Below, piece after piece: positions 6,657 to 12,580 of a DNA stretch of 12,580 nt (its first letter is position 1; each line of letters opens with the position of its first letter). Below the pieces are notes generated by a model that worked only from the letters and a program-made list of their open reading frames with translations, did no database searches and was not told where the DNA came from. The translations under genes were made by a program, and so were the position numbers. The DNA is from Methanocella sp. (GTDB lineage: Archaea; Thermoproteota; Bathyarchaeia; Bathyarchaeales; Bathycorpusculaceae), in contig JBLNCY010000041.1 in assembly GCA_050261115.1 (NCBI GenBank), forward strand, positions 1-12,580, given 5' to 3'.

Positions 6657-7136
6657 TTGTCCGATTTGGCCAGCAGCTGCGAATATTTCACCGTCGAGAA
6701 AACCTGCTTAGCCGTTTCTGAGAGCCCTAAAGCTCAAAGTAACAGGCAACTCCGCTGTTTAAACGACGATAAACAAAGTTGCTGCTACATATGCGATTCA
6801 CGACAGGAATGCTCAATTAGCTGCAAGTATCTTGGAGCAGGCGACGACACAAATTCAGCCCAACCCAAGATCGAGAACCCCCCACCGCCCATTTGCCCCG
6901 CGCCAACTAGTCAGTCTTCTGAAACAAAGGCGACCGCAAGCATCCCTGCAGTGTACTGTGCTTCGTGTAACATAGAAATGGGTGCCAAGAAATCGAAACT
7001 TAAACTCGAAGGTGACAACGCTGCACCTAAACATTTCGGGGACTATCCTCCGCAGGTTGAGGAAGCTCTTCCAGTCATAGTTTACCTATGTCCTTTATGT
7101 GGCAAAATCGAGTTTAGGGCGAACAGAGGTGCATAG
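6657..7136 (+). CDS. Cys-rich hypothetical protein with C-terminal split zinc ribbon
   Basis: 159 aa, AGGAG SD at 6644-6648 before TTG. N-terminal 8-Cys cluster, Pro/Ser/Thr linker, then CASC...CPLCGKIEF. Confidence 0.85.
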   Translation: MSDLASSCEYFTVEKTCLAVSESPKAQSNRQLRCLNDDKQSCCYICDSRQECSISCKYLGAGDDTNSAQPKIENPPPPICPAPTSQSSETKATASIPAVYCASCNIEMGAKKSKLKLEGDNAAPKHFGDYPPQVEEALPVIVYLCPLCGKIEFRANRGA

Positions 7137-7138
7137 GT

Positions 7139-7387
7139 TTGGTTCATCGGCGGGTGCGTGGCGGTAAATTTAAGGTTAAAAAGTCGCCTAGGCCGTCTCC
7201 GGTTGAGGTGGGTGATGAGTTGGAAGTTAATATAATTGACCGTGCTCCAAGTGGGGCAGGTGTCTCTGAGATTCGGGGTTACACGATTGTTGTGCCTCGA
7301 GCGAAACCGGGTGAATGTGTAAAGATTAGGATAACAGAGGTCGGCAAGAAAACCGCCACTGGAGAAAGAATACAAGAGGATGAATAA
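7139..7387 (+). CDS. Stand-alone TRAM-domain protein (putative RNA-binding protein)
   Basis: PVEVGDELEVNIID...SGAGVSEIRGYTIVVPRAKPGECVKIRITEVGKK matches the archaeal single-TRAM pattern. Basic N-terminal tail, GAGGTG SD, 2 nt after the upstream stop. Confidence 0.88.
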   Translation: MVHRRVRGGKFKVKKSPRPSPVEVGDELEVNIIDRAPSGAGVSEIRGYTIVVPRAKPGECVKIRITEVGKKTATGERIQEDE

Positions 7388-7389
7388 GG

Positions 7390-7626
7390 ATGAAGATTCC
7401 ATCACGTAAAACATTAGGCATCATAGCGCTCCTAACGGGCGTACCTGCGCTGGGTTTACTCGTTCTACCTTACATGCTATTTCCGCAGTGGTATATCCCC
7501 AAAGCGAACGCAGCCTCAGGCTACGTAGCACCCGCAACCATTGAGGGCTGGGTTTTTATGGCCGCTGGTCTGGCTTTGCTTGCGGTGGCTGTCGTGTGCG
7601 GTATGCTTCGCAAGAGCAGAGACTAA
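7390..7626 (+). CDS. Small membrane protein, two predicted TM helices
   Basis: 78 aa with hydrophobic stretches LGIIALLTGVPALGLLVLPYMLF and WVFMAAGLALLAVAVVCGML and basic termini. Starts 2 nt after the TRAM stop. Confidence 0.75.
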   Translation: MKIPSRKTLGIIALLTGVPALGLLVLPYMLFPQWYIPKANAASGYVAPATIEGWVFMAAGLALLAVAVVCGMLRKSRD

Positions 7627-7751
7627 GTTTAGTAGAATAGTCCTTTGCTCCTTGGAGGAGAGGGTTTGGTCGCTGTTAGTTTAGGTTAAGCGCCTTATCC
7701 CCTTTAACATGCTTCAATGCAGAAATTTGTGGGGTTGTGCATCAGAGCTGT

Positions 7752-7764
7752 GACAGGTTTTTAT
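7752..7764 (+). promoter_or_regulatory. Candidate BRE/TATA for the MBL-fold gene
   Basis: GACAGG-TTTTTAT ending about 31 nt before ATG 7796. Confidence 0.45.
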
Positions 7765-7795
7765 CCCACGTGAAGCATCTTTTCAACCGATAGTT

Positions 7796-8407
7796 ATGCT
7801 CTTTAAACAAATTCAGCGTCATGGCGACAACTTTTCCTACCTCATAGCAGACCAAACAACCCATGAGGCTGCAGTGGTTGATTGCAGCTACAACGCAGAC
7901 GAAATAACCCAGATACTCAAGGCTCAAGCACTCAAACTAAAGTACATCATTAGCACCCATGGTCACTCGGATCACACAGCAGGCAACAGCCAACTCAAGC
8001 GAACCTTCAGCGACGCCAAGACAGTTGCGCATAAACTATCGGCATTCAAAAATGATTTGCAGGTGGATGACGGCGACAAACTACAGGTGGGCAAAATAAA
8101 CATAGACGTCATCTATACGCCTGGTCATACACCCGACGGTATTTGCCTACTTGTTGAGGGTCAGAAGCTTCTAACGGGCGATACACTTTTTGTGGGGGAA
8201 TGCGGACGCACTGACCTAGCTGGCGGAGACCCCGCAAAACTATACCGGAGCCTCTTTGATGTAATCCTCAAACTCGACGATAGCGTCGAGATTTACCCGG
8301 GGCATAACTATGGTCACTTGCCCTCATCAACGGTGGGGTATGAGCATAAGACTAACTATGTTCTAAAGCCCCGGACACTATCAGAGTTTGTAGATTTTAT
8401 GCAGTGA
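7796..8407 (+). CDS. Metallo-beta-lactamase-fold hydrolase (glyoxalase II / persulfide dioxygenase-like)
   Basis: THGHSDH, TPGHT, LTGDTLF, CGRTDL and YPGHNY motifs. Confidence 0.95.
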   Translation: MLFKQIQRHGDNFSYLIADQTTHEAAVVDCSYNADEITQILKAQALKLKYIISTHGHSDHTAGNSQLKRTFSDAKTVAHKLSAFKNDLQVDDGDKLQVGKINIDVIYTPGHTPDGICLLVEGQKLLTGDTLFVGECGRTDLAGGDPAKLYRSLFDVILKLDDSVEIYPGHNYGHLPSSTVGYEHKTNYVLKPRTLSEFVDFMQ

Positions 8408-8708
8408 CGCTAGTTTAGTACAAAATTCGTTCATGCATCCGAGTGGGGCTGATTCATTTACTAGTTAACGGTTGCTGGTTTATTCGGATAGTTATTTATC
8501 TATCCTGTTCTAATGATTGGGTTTAATAAATAAACTATGCTGATATAGCTAAAAAACAAAAGTTAATGAACATAAAAGGTTATAGTGAAGACTGTAATGA
8601 AATCTACAATATCTCTACACCACCCGCCGAATTTGAAAGTCTACAGGCTAAACGTGTCGAGATATTTCCCTTGGATGTTTCTGAGTTCTGAATGGTCGCA
8701 GGATACGC

Positions 8709-9980
8709 ATGATAATAACTGATATCGTCTCCATGGTTCTTTTGGCGATCCTCCTATTCTGGACTATTTACAATGGTTCCATCATATACGTGGGCATAAG
8801 ACAAAAACGCAGAGAGCAAGCACTCTTAAAAGCCAAAGATCACAGCGGCGCAAGCAATCTCAGTTACTCTATTATTGTTCCGACAAAGAATGAGGAGTCA
8901 GTAATCCGCCGCTGTCTCGATGGCATATTAAACATTGATTATCCTAAAGATAAACTTCAAGTCATCGTTGTGGACGGAAACAGCACAGATCGGACTTTGC
9001 AGATATGCGGAGAGTTTGAACAAAAGTATCCGCAAATATTCAAAGTCGTCTCTGAACCGGCAAACCCCCTCAAGCACAGCGGAAAACCGGCGGCGCTAAA
9101 TCTTGCTATGTCTTATGCAACCAATGATGTAGTCGCAGTGTTTGATGCAGACAGTCTACCAGAATGTGATGTCTTAACTAAAGTAACTGGCTATTTTAGT
9201 GACCCAAACTTAGTGGCCCTACAGGGCAGAACAACCTCGATTAACGAACGCAGTAATGTCCTAACGAGAGTCATTGCCCAAGAGGAAAAGGCCTGGTATC
9301 AGATGCTACTAAGTGGCCGAGAAAGACTCCAGCTGTTTGTTCCCCTAAATGGAACTTGCCAATTTGTGAGGCGCGCGGTGCTTGAGGAGCTTCATGGCTG
9401 GGATGAAAATTCCCTCACTGAAGACGTCGAGTTAGCGTTGAGGCTTGTCGAAAAAGGCCACCAAGTAAAATACGCGCCCGATGTTTGCTCTGGGCAGGAA
9501 ACACCTGCGGTTCTTCGCAGTTTAGTTAAGCAGCGGATACGTTGGTACCGTGGTTACATGGAGACTGCACTAAAGTATGGCCGCTTACTTGATAACATCA
9601 ATAAGCGTACTTTGGACGCTGAGGTTTCACTTGCGGGTCCGTTTATGATGGTTGTGTCGCTGCTAAGCTACATTAACTGGTTTGTGGTAATAGTTTTCGC
9701 TCAGACAAACCCCATCATTGATTTCACTGGGTTAGTGATTGTTTTGACTGCGGTTTCGCTGTTTTCGATAGGTATAGCGTTGACGGCTTCAGAGCGGCCT
9801 ATTCGGCTGCGGAATATTCTTTGGATACCCTCCATCTATGTTTATTGGCTTCTGCAGATGGTTATTGCTGGTTGGGCGTTCCTCAAGTTGGTGTTTAGGC
9901 GCAAACGGGAATGGAGCAAAACTGCAAAGAACGGCGCACAGGGCGATCCTGTCGGCGTAAAAAAGGGGTTCATGCACTGA
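8709..9980 (+). CDS. Membrane GT2 glycosyltransferase, cellulose-synthase-like processive type
   Basis: N-terminal TM, IIVPTKNEE, VVDGNSTD, SGKPAALN, FDADS, LTEDVEL and QRIRW (D,D,D,QxxRW), then C-terminal TM helices ending WSKT. Confidence 0.95.
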   Translation: MIITDIVSMVLLAILLFWTIYNGSIIYVGIRQKRREQALLKAKDHSGASNLSYSIIVPTKNEESVIRRCLDGILNIDYPKDKLQVIVVDGNSTDRTLQICGEFEQKYPQIFKVVSEPANPLKHSGKPAALNLAMSYATNDVVAVFDADSLPECDVLTKVTGYFSDPNLVALQGRTTSINERSNVLTRVIAQEEKAWYQMLLSGRERLQLFVPLNGTCQFVRRAVLEELHGWDENSLTEDVELALRLVEKGHQVKYAPDVCSGQETPAVLRSLVKQRIRWYRGYMETALKYGRLLDNINKRTLDAEVSLAGPFMMVVSLLSYINWFVVIVFAQTNPIIDFTGLVIVLTAVSLFSIGIALTASERPIRLRNILWIPSIYVYWLLQMVIAGWAFLKLVFRRKREWSKTAKNGAQGDPVGVKKGFMH

Positions 9981-10032
9981 AATTAGCCATCCACACAATT
10001 CAAGGTCTGATTGGTGAGGTGAATGGTTAAGC

Positions 10033-11163
10033 TTGCGGGTTTGTTTTGTATCCTCCTATCCACCTAACCGCGCTAGGTTAAGCGAATATGCCTGGAACCT
10101 TGTAACTGCATTGGCTGATCGGAAGGCAATAGATGAACTTCACTTATTAGTGGATAAAACCAATTATCCTGAAGGTTTAAGCGTTAACCCGAAAGTTAAG
10201 GTATACCGAATTTGGGCCGCTGACTCCTTTATATCTCTTCTAAGAGTGCTCTGCTGTATTGTTAAATTAAGGCCTGATGTAGTGCACTTTAATGTTTCAT
10301 TTCAGAGTTTTGGGAAATCCAAACTCACCAACCTTTCTGGGTTATCCTTGATACTTCTTTGCCGTCTATTTGGGTTCCACGTTCTAGCGGGAGTACACAC
10401 GCTGGCCGATATGGCTGACCTCGAGAAGTTTCATGTAAAACCCACCGCCATTAATAAAATCGGCATATTCGTAGCTACAAAAATCGTTCTGACGGCACAG
10501 AAAGTTGTTGTACTGGTAAAGGGATATGGCGACTCACTAAAATACCGCTATGGACACAAAGGCGTGCTCTTTATTCCACACGGCACCACAGTGGCTAGTG
10601 ACCCCAAAATTGTTTCTGACCAGAAAACTATACTACTCTTCGGACATATGGGCCCCCACAAGGGGCTCCCCATAATGCTTCAAGCTTTCAAAAAAATAAG
10701 CGCCGAAAAAAATAACGTTAGACTGGTTGTAGCTGGAACTAATCATCCTAACTATCCAGGTTATCTTAAAAAATTCATCCAAGCCCAAATTCCAAACGTG
10801 GAGTACACGGGGTATGTTCCTGAAGAGAAGTTGGGCTCAGTTTTTAAGCAAGCGAACGTGGTGGTGCTGCCTTATCATGCTGCTCCCGGGACAAGCGGTG
10901 TGTTCCATCTTGCATGCGGGTACGGTCGACCTGTGGTGGCTTCTGATTTGCCTGAGATACGTGAGTTAGTTCATGATGGGGCCTCAGCGATCTTGATTCC
11001 GCCGGATGATGCAGAAGCGCTCAAGGCTGCACTCATGACCGTGTTATTTGATGATGAAGTTGCCTCTCGGATGAGTAAACAAAATTTAGAGTTTGCGCAG
11101 AAGGAAAGTTGGGGTGCAGTGGCAAAGGCCTACGAGGATGCGTATTATGCGTTCCAGAAATGA
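10033..11163 (+). CDS. GT4 (GT-B fold, RfaB-like) glycosyltransferase
   Basis: RVCFVSSYPP, PDVVHF, IPHG, LLFGHMGPHKGL, GYVPEE, VVLPY, SGVFHLACGYGRPVVASDLPEIRE. GGTGAGGTGA SD at 10013-10022. Confidence 0.95.
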   Translation: MRVCFVSSYPPNRARLSEYAWNLVTALADRKAIDELHLLVDKTNYPEGLSVNPKVKVYRIWAADSFISLLRVLCCIVKLRPDVVHFNVSFQSFGKSKLTNLSGLSLILLCRLFGFHVLAGVHTLADMADLEKFHVKPTAINKIGIFVATKIVLTAQKVVVLVKGYGDSLKYRYGHKGVLFIPHGTTVASDPKIVSDQKTILLFGHMGPHKGLPIMLQAFKKISAEKNNVRLVVAGTNHPNYPGYLKKFIQAQIPNVEYTGYVPEEKLGSVFKQANVVVLPYHAAPGTSGVFHLACGYGRPVVASDLPEIRELVHDGASAILIPPDDAEALKAALMTVLFDDEVASRMSKQNLEFAQKESWGAVAKAYEDAYYAFQK

Positions 11164-11231
11164 TTTCCCTGCCTGCTTGTTTGAATATTTAGGAAATCTT
11201 TAACTGTGCAATCTCATTTTTTTAGTTTACC

Positions 11232-12580
11232 TTGAAATATAAAACACTCCTCTTTCCGCTGCTTGCCTTCTTAATCCCTCTTGTAGTCAGGTGTATCCCC
11301 GAGGTCATAATGGGTTCGTACCTTGTTGGTTTTGACAACATGGCTCACTATGTACCCACAACAACACTATGGCTACGTGGTCAAGTTACACTGGAAAGCT
11401 TCATCGCCACAGCACCTTTACTCTACATATTAACCACAAGCTTATCCACTGTAAGCGGCTCGGTCATTCTCACGCTAAAAATAATTCCCCCTCTGTTGCT
11501 TGGTGCCTTGGGTCTTTCAATATACACTTTTGCACGGCGAGGTTTAGCTTGGTCCCCCATAAAGAGTCTGATCCCCGCGTTAGTTGGTACCCTGTATTTC
11601 GTGGCTTTGAGAGTTTCATGGGATGCCCTCCGGGAGGAACTGGCCATTATCTTTCTGTTTTTGGCTTTAACTTTCGTAACCCAGATTGCTGCTGGTAAGC
11701 TTTCGAAGAAGCGCTATTTTGCTCTTGCTTTGGCTCTGAGTGCAGTCATGTTGTCTAATCAGGTTGTAGCTGTGCTTGGTCTCGGTATAGTACTGTTTAC
11801 CGTTATCTATGCCTTATTTGGCAAAAAAACAGGTACCGCTTTACGCTTAGCTGGCTTGTCTATACCGGCCATCGCCATATTCCTAACAACCTTCTACCTG
11901 AGCCCCAGCATCCCCGAGTACCGCCTAATCTTTGGCTTTCCTAGCACACCTGATGGGTGGCTATCGCTTTTCGGCTATGCCTCCTACCCTGAAATGCTCA
12001 TAAGCGAGGCAGTGTTTGTCCTCTACTGTTTTGGGTTCCTGCTGCCCCTAGCCCTGCTGGGTGTTAGACGTTTTAAGAATTTTCAGATGTGCGGCTGGAT
12101 AATTTTGCTTGCCATTGCCGCCTTTATTCCGATGGTCAGCCCCAGCGGCTTACGTTTACTTATGCTGCTAACGTTCCCGTTAGCGTTTTTTGCCACCGAA
12201 GGCCTCAGTAGGTTGTATTCTGTGCGTTGGCGTAGGCTTCGCAAGCCTCTTGTTGGCGCTGGGTTAATCTATCTGGCCTTGGTTGTGGGGGTGCTTAGTT
12301 GGGGCTTTATGGCTTCAACCCCCGAGGAGCCATACGATTACTTTATTGCAGACGGCCCAAACAGCCACATCTACTCTATCCCATCATCTATGCTCCAGAA
12401 CACGGTGTCAATAAACGATTGCTCTGATACCGAAAAAGCCGTGGCTTGGCTTAAAGCCAACATGAACTCGACGGATGTTTTGATATCCCATCGAGCTTTC
12501 TATGGTTGGGCTCTTACAGGCTTAGATAAAGACCAAATAATCATGTATGAGTACGATAATCCGCTGGATGCGGCGACCTC
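11232..12580 (+). CDS. Polytopic membrane protein, probable GT-C-fold glycosyltransferase; 3'-truncated by the window edge
   Basis: Manual translation from TTG 11232 (in-frame TAG at 11223) is open for 449 codons to the edge: MKYKTLLFPLLAFLIPLVVRCIPEVIMGSYLVGFDNMAHY...APLLYIL...LRVSWDALREELA...AVAWLKANMNSTDVLISHRAFYGWA. About 10-11 hydrophobic segments, an acidic residue in the first external loop, and a soluble C-terminal domain. Absent from the ORF track. GT-C assignment is by pattern only. Confidence 0.85.
   Translation, partial: MKYKTLLFPLLAFLIPLVVRCIPEVIMGSYLVGFDNMAHYVPTTTLWLRGQVTLESFIATAPLLYILTTSLSTVSGSVILTLKIIPPLLLGALGLSIYTFARRGLAWSPIKSLIPALVGTLYFVALRVSWDALREELAIIFLFLALTFVTQIAAGKLSKKRYFALALALSAVMLSNQVVAVLGLGIVLFTVIYALFGKKTGTALRLAGLSIPAIAIFLTTFYLSPSIPEYRLIFGFPSTPDGWLSLFGYASYPEMLISEAVFVLYCFGFLLPLALLGVRRFKNFQMCGWIILLAIAAFIPMVSPSGLRLLMLLTFPLAFFATEGLSRLYSVRWRRLRKPLVGAGLIYLALVVGVLSWGFMASTPEEPYDYFIADGPNSHIYSIPSSMLQNTVSINDCSDTEKAVAWLKANMNSTDVLISHRAFYGWALTGLDKDQIIMYEYDNPLDAAT

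Noticed and set aside
1463-7927. Other alternative-frame or antisense ORFs in the track (1463-1645, 1887-2129, 2331-2624, 3367-3672, 4587-4775, 4978-5220, 5040-5483, 5493-5955, 7082-7414, 7742-7927)
   Set aside because: Each overlaps a well-supported gene and lacks recognisable domains.
7796-8407. Beta-lactamase / resistance gene
   Set aside because: Cytoplasmic with no signal peptide; motifs fit the housekeeping glyoxalase II / persulfide dioxygenase-like group.
8486-8645. GGATAG-N8-CTATCC inverted repeat (8486-8505) and three TCTACA hexamers (8603, 8614, 8640) as CRISPR remnant or operator
   Set aside because: Too short, irregularly spaced and not repeated at another promoter in the window.
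9789-11698. ORFs 9789-9998, 11369-11698 and 11423-11647
   Set aside because: Shadows of the GT2 gene and of the real membrane-protein frame starting at 11232.

Overview
Archaeal chromosomal window with no mobile element, CRISPR array or structural RNA recognisable by eye. Group II chaperonin, GGTGA Shine-Dalgarno sites, BRE/TATA promoters and TTG starts show it is archaeal; the gene repertoire suggests Bathyarchaeia (inference only). Left, minus strand: a protein-quality-control cluster of Hsp20, a C2H2 zinc-finger microprotein, a winged-HTH regulator, a small HTH-like protein and a thermosome subunit (runs off the left edge, missing from the ORF track). Upstream on the same strand are an M29-peptidase-fold protein, a Zn-dependent MDR dehydrogenase and a divergent TrpD-like phosphoribosyltransferase. 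Right, plus strand: a Cys-rich Zn-binding protein, a stand-alone TRAM protein, a 2-TM protein, an MBL-fold hydrolase, and a GT2 / GT4 / GT-C-like glycosylation cluster (last gene runs off the right edge, also missing from the track). Two signals stand out. (1) The thermosome and regulator promoters share a 21/22-bp identical TATA-BRE block abutting a 19-bp palindromic box, TGTTNAY-N5-RTNRACA (two tandem copies at the thermosome, one at the regulator), which suggests an autoregulated heat-shock regulon. (2) A TrpD paralog with a remodelled active site lies outside any trp context and is coupled to a dehydrogenase.
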